This document shows, in pieces, positions 30,030-45,300 of a stretch of 64,000 nt of DNA; position 1 is the first letter of the stretch, and every line of letters starts with the position of its first letter. Position numbers and translations under genes: made by a program. Under the pieces are notes generated by a model. The model was not told where the DNA came from and did not search any database. It saw only the letters and a program-made list of their open reading frames with translations. Origin of the DNA: Eledone cirrhosa. Lineage: Eukaryota. The stretch lies in the NCBI GenBank assembly GCA_964016885.1, contig CAXHJY010001685.1:1-64000 (forward strand). Reading direction: 5' to 3'.

Positions 30030-33000
30030 CTACAATACTAATCTATATGTTGAGAAAACTACAATACTAATCTATATGTTGAGAACACTACAATACTAAT
30101 CTATATGTTGAGAACACTACAATAGTAATCTATATGTTGAGAACACTACAATAGTAATCCATATGTTGAGAACACTACAATACTAATCTATATGTTGAGA
30201 AAAGTACAATAATAATCTATATGTTGAGAACACTACAATACTAATCTATATGTTGAGGACACTACAATATTAATCTCCATGTTGAGAACACTACAATACT
30301 AATCTATATGTTGAGAACACTACAGTACTAATGTATATGTTGCGAACACTACAATACTAATCTATATGTTGAGAACACTACAATACTAATCGATATGTTG
30401 AGAACACTAAAGTACTAATCTATATGTTGAGAACACTACAATACTAATCTAAATGTTGAGAACACTACAGTACTAATCTCTATGTCGAGAACACTACAAT
30501 ACTAAGCTATATGTTGAGAACTCTACAGTACTAATCTATATGTTGAGAACACTACAGTACTAATCTATATGTTGAGAACACTACAATACTAATCTATATG
30601 TTGAGAACACTTCAATACTAATCTATATGTTGAGAACACTACAATACTAATATATATGTTGAGAACACTACAATACTAATCTATATGTTGACAACACTAC
30701 AATACTAACCTATATGTTGAGAACACTACAATACTAATCTATATGTTGAGAACACTACAATACTAATCTATATGTTGAGAACACTACAATACTAATCTAT
30801 ATGTTGAGAACACTACAATACTAATCTATATGTTGAGAACACTACAATACTAATCTATATGTTGAGAACACTACAATACTAATCTATATGTTGAGAAAAC
30901 TACAATACTAATCTATATGTTGAGAACACTACAATACTAATCTATATGTTGAGAACACTACAATACTAATCTATTGTTGAGAACACTACAATACTAATCT
31001 ATATGTTGAGAACACTACAATACTAATCTATATGTTGAGAAAACTACAATACTAATCTATATGTTGAGAACACTACAATACTAATCTATATGTTGAGAAC
31101 ACTACAATACTAATCTATATGTTGAGAACACTACAATACTAATCTATATGTTGAGAACACTACAATACTAATCTATATGTTGAGAACACTACAATACTAA
31201 TCTATATGTTGAGAACACTACAATACTAATCTATATGTTGAGAACACTACAATACTAATCTATATGTTGAGAACACTACAATACTAATCTATATGTTGAG
31301 AACACTACAGTACTAATCTATATGTTGAGAACACTACAATACTAATCTATATGTTGACAACACTAAAGTACTAATCTATATGTTGAGAACACTACTATAC
31401 TAATCTATATGTTGAGAACACTACAATACTAATCTATATGTTGAGAACACTACCATATTAATCTATATGTTGAGAACACTACAATACTAATCTATATGTT
31501 GACAACACTAAAGTACTAATCTATATGTTGAGAACACTACAATACTAATCTATATATTGAGAACACTACAGTACTAATCTATATGTTGAGAACACTACAG
31601 TAATAATCTATAGGTTGAGAACACTACAATACTAATCTATATGTTGAGAATACTACAATACTAATCTATATCTTGAGAACACTACAATACTAATCTATAT
31701 GTTGAGAACACTACAATACTAATCTATATGTTGAGAACACTACAATACTAATCTATATGTTGAGAACACTACAATACTAATCTATATCTTGAGAACACTA
31801 CAATACTAATCTATATGTTGAGAACACTACAATACTAATCTATATCTTGAGAACACTACAATACTAATCTATATGTTGAGAACACTACAATACTAATCTA
31901 TATCTTGAGAACACTACAATACTAATCTATATCTTGAGAACACTACAATACTAATCTATATGTTCAGAATACTACAATACTAATCTATATCTTGAGAACA
32001 CTACAATACTAATCTATATGTTGAGAACACTACAATACTAATCTATATCTTGAGAACACTACAATACTAATCTATATGTTGAGAACACTACAATACTAAT
32101 CTATATGTTGAGAACACTACAATACTAATCTATATCTTGAGAACACTACAATACTAATCTATATGTTGAGAACACTACAATACTAATCAATATCTTGAGA
32201 ACACTACAATACTAATCTATATGTTGAGAACACTACAATACTAATCTATATGTTGAGAACACTACACAACTAATCTATATGTTGAGAACACTACAATATT
32301 AATCACTATGTTGAGAACACTACAATACTAATCTAAATGTCGAGAACACTACAATACTAATCTATATGTTGAGAACACTACAATACTAATCTATATGTTG
32401 AGAACACTACAATACTAATCTATATGTTGAGAACACAACAATACTAATCTATATGTTGAGAACTCTACAATACTAATCTATATGTTGAGAACACTACAAT
32501 ACTAATCTATATGTTGAGAACAATACAATACTACTCTATATGTTGAGAACACTACAATACTAATATATATGTTGAGAACACTACAATACTAATCTATATG
32601 TTGAGAACACAACAATACTAATCTATATGTTGAGAACACTACAGTACTAATCTATATGTTGAGAACACAACAATACTAATCTATATGTTGAGAACACTAC
32701 AATACTAATCTATATGTTGAGAACACTACAATACTAATCTATATGTTGAGAACACTACAATACTAATCTATATGTTGAGGACACTACAATATTAATCTAT
32801 ATGTTGAGAACACTACAATACTAATCGATATGTTGAGAACACTAAAGTACTAATCTATATGTTGAGAAAACTACAATACTAATCTATATGTTGAGAACAC
32901 TACAATACTAATCTATATGTTGAGAACACTACAATAGTAATCTATATGTTGAGAACACTACAATAGTAATCCATATGTTGAGAACACTACAATACTAATC

Positions 33001-35615
33001 TATATGTTGAGAAAAGTACAATAATAATCTATATGTTGAGAACACTACAATACTAATCTATATGTTGAGGACACTACAATATTAATCTCCATGTTGAGAA
33101 CACTACAATACTAATCTATATGTTGAGAACACTACAGTACTAATGTATATGTTGCGAACACTACAATACTAATCTATATGTTGAGAACACTACAATACTA
33201 ATCGATATGTTGAGAACACTAAAGTACTAATCTATATGTTGAGAACACTACAATACTAATCTAAATGTTGAGAACACTACAGTACTAATCTCTATGTCGA
33301 GAACACTACAATACTAAGCTATATGTTGAGAACTCTACAGTACTAATCTATATGTTGAGAACACTACAGTACTAATCTATATGTTGAGAACACTACAATA
33401 CTAATCTATATGTTGAGAACACTTCAATACTAATCTATATGTTGAGAACACTACAATACTAATATATATGTTGAGAACACTACAATACTAATCTATATGT
33501 TGACAACACTACAATACTAACCTATATGTTGAGAACACTACAATACTAATCTATATGTTGAGAACACTACAATACTAATCTATATGTTGAGAACACTACA
33601 ATACTAATCTATATGTTGAGAACACTACAATACTAATCTATATGTTGAGAACACTACAATACTAATCTATATGTTGAGAACACTACAATACTAATCTATA
33701 TGTTGAGAAAACTACAATACTAATCTATATGTTGAGAACACTACAATACTAATCTATATGTTGAGAACACTACAATACTAATCTATTGTTGAGAACACTA
33801 CAATACTAATCTATATGTTGAGAACACTACAATACTAATCTATATGTTGAGAAAACTACAATACTAATCTATATGTTGAGAACACTACAATACTAATCTA
33901 TATGTTGAGAACACTACAATACTAATCTATATGTTGAGAACACTACAATACTAATCTATATGTTGAGAACACTACAATACTAATCTATATGTTGAGAACA
34001 CTACAATACTAATCTATATGTTGAGAACACTACAATACTAATCTATATGTTGAGAACACTACAATACTAATCTATATGTTGAGAACACTACAATACTAAT
34101 CTATATGTTGAGAACACTACAGTACTAATCTATATGTTGAGAACACTACAATACTAATCTATATGTTGACAACACTAAAGTACTAATCTATATGTTGAGA
34201 ACACTACTATACTAATCTATATGTTGAGAACACTACAATACTAATCTATATGTTGAGAACACTACCATATTAATCTATATGTTGAGAACACTACAATACT
34301 AATCTATATGTTGACAACACTAAAGTACTAATCTATATGTTGAGAACACTACAATACTAATCTATATATTGAGAACACTACAGTACTAATCTATATGTTG
34401 AGAACACTACAGTAATAATCTATAGGTTGAGAACACTACAATACTAATCTATATGTTGAGAATACTACAATACTAATCTATATCTTGAGAACACTACAAT
34501 ACTAATCTATATGTTGAGAACACTACAATACTAATCTATATGTTGAGAACACTACAATACTAATCTATATGTTGAGAACACTACAATACTAATCTATATC
34601 TTGAGAACACTACAATACTAATCTATATGTTGAGAACACTACAATACTAATCTATATCTTGAGAACACTACAATACTAATCTATATGTTGAGAACACTAC
34701 AATACTAATCTATATCTTGAGAACACTACAATACTAATCTATATCTTGAGAACACTACAATACTAATCTATATGTTCAGAATACTACAATACTAATCTAT
34801 ATCTTGAGAACACTACAATACTAATCTATATGTTGAGAACACTACAATACTAATCTATATCTTGAGAACACTACAATACTAATCTATATGTTGAGAACAC
34901 TACAATACTAATCTATATGTTGAGAACACTACAATACTAATCTATATCTTGAGAACACTACAATACTAATCTATATGTTGAGAACACTACAATACTAATC
35001 AATATCTTGAGAACACTACAATACTAATCTATATGTTGAGAACACTACAATACTAATCTATATGTTGAGAACACTACACAACTAATCTATATGTTGAGAA
35101 CACTACAATATTAATCACTATGTTGAGAACACTACAATACTAATCTAAATGTCGAGAACACTACAATACTAATCTATATGTTGAGAACACTACAATACTA
35201 ATCTATATGTTGAGAACACTACAATACTAATCTATATGTTGAGAACACAACAATACTAATCTATATGTTGAGAACTCTACAATACTAATCTATATGTTGA
35301 GAACACTACAATACTAATCTATATGTTGAGAACAATACAATACTACTCTATATGTTGAGAACACTACAATACTAATATATATGTTGAGAACACTACAGTA
35401 CTAATCTATATGTTGAGAACACAACAATACTAATCTATATGTTGAGAACACTACAATACTAATCTATATGTTGAGAACACTACAATACTAATCTATATGT
35501 TGAGAACACTACAATACTAATCTATATGTTGAGGACACTACAATATTAATCTATATGTTGAGAACACTACAATACTAATCGATATGTTGAGAACACTAAA
35601 GTACTAATCTATATG
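30030..35615 (+). repeat. HOR domain II: two tandem copies of a 97-mer (2,812 bp); the second copy lacks 2 monomers near 35.4 kb
   Basis: GAGAAAAGTAC at G30204/G33016 and the deletion monomer CTATTGTTGA at 30971/33783 both give offset 2812. The offset falls to 2754 at the G of ATCGAT (32827/35581). Confidence 0.9.
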
Positions 35616-36249
35616 TTAAGAACACTACAATACTAATCTATATGTTGAGGACACTACAATATTAATCTCCATGTTGAGAACACTACAATACTAATCTATA
35701 TGTTGAGAACACTACAATACTAATCTATATGTTGAGAACACTACAATACTAATCGATATGTTGAGAACACTAAAGTACTAATCTATATGTTAAGAACACT
35801 ACAATACTAATCTAAATGTTGAGAACACTACAGTACTAATCTCTATGTCGAGAACACTACAATACTAAGCTATATGTTGAGAACTCTACAGTACTAATCT
35901 ATATGTTGAGAACACTACAGTACTAATCTCTATGTCGAGAACACTACAATACTAATCTATATGTTGAGAACACTACAATACTAATCTATATGTTGAGAAC
36001 ACTACAATAATAATCTATATGTTGAGAACACTACAATACTAATCTATATCTTGAGAACACTACAATACTAATCTATATGTTGAGAACACTACAATACTAA
36101 TCTATATGTTGAGAACACTACAAAACTAATCTATATGTTGAGAACACTACAATATTAATCACTATGTTGAGAACACTACAATACTAATCTAAATGTCGAG
36201 AACACTACAATACTAATCTATATGTTGAGAACACTACAATACTAATCTA

Positions 36250-39200
36250 TATGTTGAGAACACTACAATACTAATCTATATGTTGAGAACACTACAAAAC
36301 TAATCTATATGTTGAGAACACTACAATATTAATCACTATGTTGAGAACACTACAATACTAATCTAAATGTCGAGAACACTACAATACTAATCTATATGTT
36401 GAGAACACTACAATACTAATCTATATGTTGAGAACACTACAATACTAATCTATATGTTGAGAACACTACAATACTAATCTATATGTTGAGAACACTACAA
36501 TATTAATCTATATGTTGAGAACACTACACTACTAATCTATATGTTGAGAACACTACAATAGTAATCTCTATGTTGAGAACACTACAATACTAATCTATAT
36601 GTTGAGAACACTACAATATTAATCTCTATGTTGAGAACACTACAATTCTAATCTATATGTTGAGAACACTACACTACTAATCTATATGTTGAGAACACTA
36701 CAATATTAATCTCTATGTTGAGAACACTACAATACTAATCTATATGTTGAGAACACTACAATATTAATCTCTATGTTGAGAACACTACAATACTAATCTA
36801 TATGTTGAGAACACTACAATACTAATCGATATGTTGAGAACACTAAAGTACTAATCTATATGTTAAGAACACTACAATACTAATCTAAATGTTGAGAACA
36901 CTACAGTACTAATCTCTATGTCGAGAACACTACAATACTAAGCTATATGTTGAGAACTCTACAGTACTAATCTATATGTTGAGAACACTACAGTACTAAT
37001 CTCTATGTCGAGAACACTACAATACTAATCTATATGTTGAGAACACTACAGTATTAATCTCCATGTTGAGAATACTACAATACTAATCTATATGTTGAGA
37101 ACACTACAATATTAATCTCTATGTTGAGAATACTACAATACTAATCTATATGTTGAGAACACTACAGTATTAATCTCCATGTTGAGAATACTACAATACT
37201 AATCTATATGTTGAGAACACTACAATATTAATCTCTATGTCGAGAACACTACAATACTAATCTATATGTTGAGAACACTACAGTATTAATCTCCATGTTG
37301 AGAATACTACAATACTAATCTATATGTTGAGAACACTACAATATTAATCTCTATGTTGAGAATACTACAATACTAATCTATATGTCGTGAAAACTACAGT
37401 ACTAATCTATATGTTGAGAACACTACAATACTAATCTATATGTTGAGAACACTACAATACTAATCTATATGTTGAGAACACTACAATACTAATGTATATC
37501 TTGTGAAAACTACAGTACTAATCTATATGTTGAGAACACTACAATACTAATCTATATGTTGAGAACACTACAATACGAATTTATATGTTGAGAACACTAC
37601 AATACTAATCTATATGTTGAGAACACTACAATACTAATCTATATGTTGAGAACACTACAATACTAATATATATGTTGAGAACACTACAATACTAATCTAT
37701 ATGTTAAGAACACTACAATACTAATCCCTATGTTAAGAACACTACAATACTAATCTATATGTTGAGAACACTACAATACTAATCTATATGTTGAGAACAC
37801 TACAATACTAATCTATATGTTGAGAACACTACAAAACTAATCTATATGTTGAGAACACTACAATATTAATCACTATGTTGAGAACACTACAATACTAATC
37901 TAAATGTCGAGAACACTACAATACTAATCTATATGTTGAGAACACTACAATACTAATCTATATGTTGAGAACACTACAATACTAATCTATATGTTGAGAA
38001 CACTACAATACTAATCTATATGTTGAGAACACTACAATATTAATCTATATGTTGAGAACACTACACTACTAATCTATATGTTGAGAACACTACAATATTA
38101 ATCTCTATGTTGAGAACACTACAATACTAATCTATATGTTGAGAACACTACAATATTAATCTCTATGTTGAGAACACTACAATTCTAATCTATATGTTGA
38201 GAACACTACACTACTAATCTATATGTTGAGAACACTACAATATTAATCTCTATGTTGAGAACACTACAATACTAATCTATATGTTGAGAACACTACAATA
38301 TTAATCTCTATGTTGAGAACACTACAATACTAATCGATATGTTGAGAACACTAAAGTACTAATCTATATGTTAAGAACACTACAATACTAATCTAAATGT
38401 TGAGAACACTACAGTACTAATCTCTATGTCGAGAACACTACAATACTAAGCTATATGTTGAGAACTCTACAGTACTAATCTATATGTTGAGAACACTACA
38501 GTACTAATCTCTATGTCGAGAACACTACAATACTAATCTATATGTTGAGAACACTACAGTATTAATCTCCATGTTGAGAATACTACAATACTAATCTATA
38601 TGTTGAGAACACTACAATATTAATCTCTATGTTGAGAATACTACAATACTAATCTATATGTTGAGAACACTACAGTATTAATCTCCATGTTGAGAATACT
38701 ACAATACTAATCTATATGTTGAGAACACTACAATATTAATCTCTATGTCGAGAACACTACAATACTAATCTATATGTTGAGAACACTACAGTATTAATCT
38801 CCATGTTGAGAATACTACAATACTAATCTATATGTTGAGAACACTACAATATTAATCTCTATGTTGAGAATACTACAATACTAATCTATATGTCGTGAAA
38901 ACTACAGTACTAATCTATATGTTGAGAACACTACAATACTAATCTATATGTTGAGAACACTACAATACTAATCTATATGTTGAGAACACTACAATACTAA
39001 TCTATATGTTGAGAACACTACAATACTAATGTATATCTTGTGAAAACTACAGTACTAATCTATATGTTGAGAACACTACAATACTAATCTATATGTTGAG
39101 AACACTACAATACGAATTTATATGTTGAGAACACTACAATACTAATCTATATGTTGAGAACACTACAATACTAATCTATATGTTGAGAACACTACAATAC

Positions 39201-39310
39201 TAATATATATGTTGAGAACACTACAATACTAATCTATATGTTAAGAACACTACAATACTAATCCCTATGTTAAGAACACTACAATACTAATCTATATGTT
39301 GAGAACACTA
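36250..39310 (+). repeat. Tandem duplication of a ~52-53-mer (1,508-1,537 bp)
   Basis: Markers AATTCTAAT 36647/38184 (1537), TACGAATTTA 37577/39114 (1537) and GTCGTGAAA 37386/38894 (1508). Confidence 0.85.
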
Positions 39311-42300
39311 CAATACTAATCTATATGTTAAGAACACTACAATACTAATCTATATGTTGAGAACACTACAATACTAATCTATATGTTGAGAACACTTCAA
39401 TACTAATCTATATGTTGAGAACACTACAATACTAATCTATATGTTGAGAACACTACAATACTAATCTATATGTTAAGAACACTACAATACTAATCTATAT
39501 GTTGAGAACACTACAATACTAATCTATATGTTGACAACACTACAATACTAACCTATATGTTGAGAAAACTACAATACTAATCTATATAATGAGAACACTA
39601 CAATACTAATCTATATGTTGAGAAGACTACGATATTAATCTATATGTTGAGAACACTACACTACTAATCTAAATGTTGAGAACACTACAATACTAATCTA
39701 TATGTTGAGAACACTACAATACTAATCTATATGTTGAGAACACTACAATACTAATCTATATGTTGAGAACACTACAATATTAAGCTATATGTTGAGAACA
39801 CTACAATACTAATCTATATGTTAAGAAAACTACAGTACTAATCTATATGTTGAGAACACTACAATACTAATCTATATGTTGAGAACACTACAATACTAAT
39901 CTATATGTTGAGAACACTACAATACTAATCTATATGTTGAGAACACTACAATACTAATCTATATGTTGAGAACACTACAATATTAATATATATGTTGAGA
40001 ACACTACAATATTAATCTATATGTTGAGAACACTACAATACTAATCTATATGTTGAGAACACTACAATACTAATCTATATGTTGAGAACACTACAATACT
40101 AATCTATATGTTGAGAACACTACAATACTAATCTATATGTTGAGAACACTACAATACTAATCTATATGTTGAGAACACTACAATACTAATCTATATGTTG
40201 AGAACACTACAATACTAATCTATATGTTGAGAACACTACAATACTAATCTATATGTTGAGAACACTACAATACTAATCTATATCTTGAGAACACTACAAT
40301 ACTAATCTATATGTTGAGAACACTACAATACTAATCTATATGTTGAGAACACTACAGTACTAATCTATATGTTGAGAACACTACAATACTAATCTATATA
40401 TTGACAACACTAAAGTACTAATCTATATGTTGAGAACACTACAATACTAATCTATATGTTGAGAACACTACAATACTAATCTATATGTTGAGAACACTAC
40501 CATATTAATCTATATGTTGAGAACACTACAATACTAATCTATATGTTGACAACACTAAAGTACTAATCTATATGTTGAGAACACTACAATACTAATCTAT
40601 ATATTGAGAACACTACAGTACTAATCTATATGTTGAGAACACTACAGTACTAATCTATAAGTTGAGAACACTACAATACTAATCTATATGTTGAGAATAC
40701 TACAATACTAATCTATATCTTGAGAACACTACAATACTAATCTATATGTTGAGAACACTACAATACTAATCTATATCTTGAGAACACTACAATACTAATC
40801 TATATGTTGAGAACACTACAATACTAATCAATATCTTGAGAACACTACAATACTAATCTATATGTTGAGAACACTACAATACTAATCTATATGTTGAGAA
40901 CACTACAAAACTAATCTATATGTTGAGAACACTACAATATTAATCACTATGTCGAGAACACTACAATATTAATCTATATGTTGAGAACACTACAAAACTA
41001 ATCTATATGTTGAGAACACTACAATATTAATCACTATGTTGAGAACACTACAATACTAATCTAAATGTCGAGAACACTACAATACTAATCTATATGTTGA
41101 GAAAACTACAATACTAATCTATATGTTGAGAAAACTACAATACTAATCTATATGTTGAGAACACTACAATACTAATCTATATCTTGAGAACAATACAATA
41201 CTAATCTATATGTTGAGAACACTACAATACTAATCTATATCTTGAGAACACTACAATACTAATCTATATCTTGAGAACACTACAATACTAATCTATATGT
41301 TGAGAACACTACAATACTAATCTATATGTTGAGAACACTACAATACTAATCTATATCTTGAGAACACTACAATACTAATCTATATGTTGAGAACACTACA
41401 AAACTAATCTATATGTTGAGAACACTACAATACTAATCTCTATGTTGAGAACACTACAATATTAATCACTATGTTGAGAACACTACAATACTAATTTAAA
41501 TGTCGAGAACACTACAATACTAATCTATATGTTGAGAACACTACAATACTAATCTATATGTTGAGAACACTACAATACTAATCTATATGTTGAGAACACT
41601 ACAATACTAATCTATATGTTGAGAACACTACAATATTAATCACTATGTTGAGAACACTACAATACTAATCTAAATGTCGAGAACACTACAATACTAATCT
41701 ATATGTTGAGAACACTACAATACTAATCTATATGTTGAGAACACTACAATACTAATCTATATGTTGAGAACAATACAAAACTAATCTATATGTTGAGAAT
41801 ACTACAATATTAATCACTATGTTGAGAACACTACAATACTAATCTAAATGTCGAGAACACTACAATACTAGTCTATATGTTGAGAACACTACAATACTAA
41901 TCTATATGTTGAGAACACTACAAAACTAATCTATATGTTGAGAACACTACAATATTAATCACTATGTTGAGAACACTACAATACTAAACTAAATGTCGAG
42001 AACACTACAATACTAATCTATATGTTGAGAACACTACAATACTAATCTATATGTTGAGAACACTACAATACTAATCTATATGTTGAGAACACTACAATAC
42101 TAATCTATATGTTGAGAACACTACAATACTAATCTATATGTTGAGAACACTACAATACTAATCTATATGTTGAGAACACTACAAAACTAATCTATATGTT
42201 GAGAACACTACAATATTAATCACTATGTTGAGAACACTACAATACTAATCTAAATGTCGAGAACACTACAATACTAATCTATATGTTGAGAACACTACAA

Positions 42301-45300
42301 TACTAATCTATATGTTGAGAACACTACAATACTAATCTATATGTTGAGAACACTACAAAACTAATCTATATGTTGAGAACACTACAATATTAATCACTAT
42401 GTTGAGAACACTACAATACTAATCTATATGTTGAGAACACTACAATACTAATCTATATGTTGAGAACACTACAATACTAATCTATATGTTGAGAAAAACT
42501 ACAATATTAATCTATATGTTGAGAACACTACACTACTAATCTATATGTTGAGAACACTACAATATTAATCTCTATGTTGAGAACACTACAATACTAATCT
42601 ATATGTTGAGAACACTACAATATTAATCTCTATGTTGAGAACACTACAATACTAATCTATATGTTGAGAACACTACACTACTAATCTATATGTTGAGAAC
42701 ACTACAATATTAATCTCTATGTTGAGAACACTACAATACTAATCTATATGTTGAGAACACTACAATATTAATCTCTATGTTGAGAACACTACAATACTAA
42801 TCTATATGTTGAGAACACTACAATACTAATCTATATATTTAGAACACTACAGTACTAATCTATATGTTGAGAAAACTACACTACTAATCTATATGATGAG
42901 AACACTACAATACTAATCTATATCTTGAGAACACTACAATACTACTCTATATGGTGAGAACACTACAATACTAATCTATATGTTGAGAACACTACAGTAC
43001 TAATCTCCATGTTGAGAACACTACAATACTAATCTATATGTTGAGAACACTACAATATTAATCTCTATGTTGAGAACACTACAGTACTAATCTCCATGTT
43101 GAGAACACTACAGTATTAATCTCCATGTTGAGAATACTACAATACTAATCTATATGTTGAGAACACTACAGTATTAATCTCCATGTTGAGAATACTACAA
43201 TACTAATCTATATGTTGAGAACACTACAATATTAATCTCTATGTCGAGAACACTACACATACTAATCTATATGTTGAGAACACTAGAGTATTAATCTCCA
43301 TGTTGAGAATACTACAATACTAATCTATATGTTGAGAACACTACAATATTAATCTCTATGTTGAGAATACTACAATACTAATCTATATGTCGTGAAAACT
43401 ACAGTACTAATCTATATGTTGAGAACACTACAATACTAATCTATATGTTGAGAACACTACAATACTAATCTATATGTTGAGAACACTACAATACTAATCT
43501 ATATGTTGAGAACACTACAATACTAATGTATATCTTGTGAAAACTACAGTACTAATCTATATGTTGAGAACACTACAATACTAATCTATATGTTGAGAAC
43601 ACTACAATACTAATTTATATGTTGAGAACACTACAATACTAATCTATATGTTGAGAACACTACAATACTAATCTATATGTTGAGAACACTACAATACTAA
43701 TATATATGTTGAGAACACTACAATACTAATCTATATGTTAAGAACACTACAATACTAATCCCTATGTTAAGAACACTACAATACTAATCTATATGTTGAG
43801 AACACTACAATACTAATCTATATGTTAAGAACACTACAATACTAATCTATATGTTGAGAACACTACAATACTAATCTATATGTTGAGAACACTTCAATAC
43901 TAATCTATATGTTGAGAACACTACAATACTAATCTATATGTTGAGAACACTACAATACTAATCTATATGTTAAGAACACTACAATACTAATCTATATGTT
44001 GAGAACACTACAATACTAATCTATATGTTGACAACACTACAATACTAACCTATATGTTGAGAAAACTACAATACTAATCTATATAATGAGAACACTACAA
44101 TACTAATCTATATGTTGAGAAGACTACGATATTAATCTATATGTTGAGAACACTACACTACTAATCTAAATGTTGAGAACACTACAATACTAATCTATAT
44201 GTTGAGAACACTACAATACTAATCTATATGTTGAGAACACTACAATACTAATCTATATGTTGAGAACACTACAATATTAAGCTATATGTTGAGAACACTA
44301 CAATACTAATCTATATGTTAAGAAAACTACAGTACTAATCTATATGTTGAGAACACTACAATACTAATCTATATGTTGAGAACACTACAATACTAATCTA
44401 TATGTTGAGAACACTACAATACTAATCTATATGTTGAGAACACTACAATACTAATCTATATGTTGAGAACACTACAATATTAATATATATGTTGAGTACA
44501 CTACAATATTAATCTATATGTTGAGAACACTACAATACTAATCTATATGTTGAGAACACTACAATACTAATCTATATGTTGAGAACACTACAATACTAAT
44601 CTATATGTTGAGAACACTACAATACTAATCTATATGTTGAGAACACTACAATACTAATCTATATGTTGAGAACACTACAATACTAATCTATATGTTGAGA
44701 ACACTACAATACTAATCTATATGTTGAGAACACTACAATACTAATCTATATGTTGAGAACACTACAATACTAATCTATATCTTGAGAACACTACAATACT
44801 AATCTATATGTTGAGAACACTACAATACTAATCTATATGTTGAGAACACTACAGTACTAATCTATATGTTGAGAACACTACAATACTAATCTATATATTG
44901 ACAACACTAAAGTACTAATCTATATGTTGAGAACACTACAATACTAATCTATATGTTGAGAACACTACAATACTAATCTATATGTTGAGAACACTACCAT
45001 ATTAATCTATATGTTGAGAACACTACAATACTAATCTATATGTTGACAACACTAAAGTACTAATCTATATGTTGAGAACACTACAATACTAATCTATATA
45101 TTGAGAACACTACAGTACTAATCTATATGTTGAGAACACTACAGTACTAATCTATAAGTTGAGAACACTACAATACTAATCTATATGTTGAGAATACTAC
45201 AATACTAATCTATATCTTGAGAACACTACAATACTAATCTATATGTTGAGAACACTACAATACTAATCTATATCTTGAGAACACTACAATACTAATCTAT

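Larger units (their letters stand above)
8116..30030 (+). repeat. HOR domain I: alternating 54-mer and 43/44-mer units
   Basis: Marker GAGAAGTTTACAG (G of GTTT) at 10264, 11829, 13075, 14640, 15915, 17567, 18813, 20378, 21653, 23884, 25449, 26695, 28260, 29535. Spacings of 1565/1246/1275/1652 equal n x 29 minus one shared 1-bp deletion; 2231 equals 77 x 29 minus two. Confidence 0.93.
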
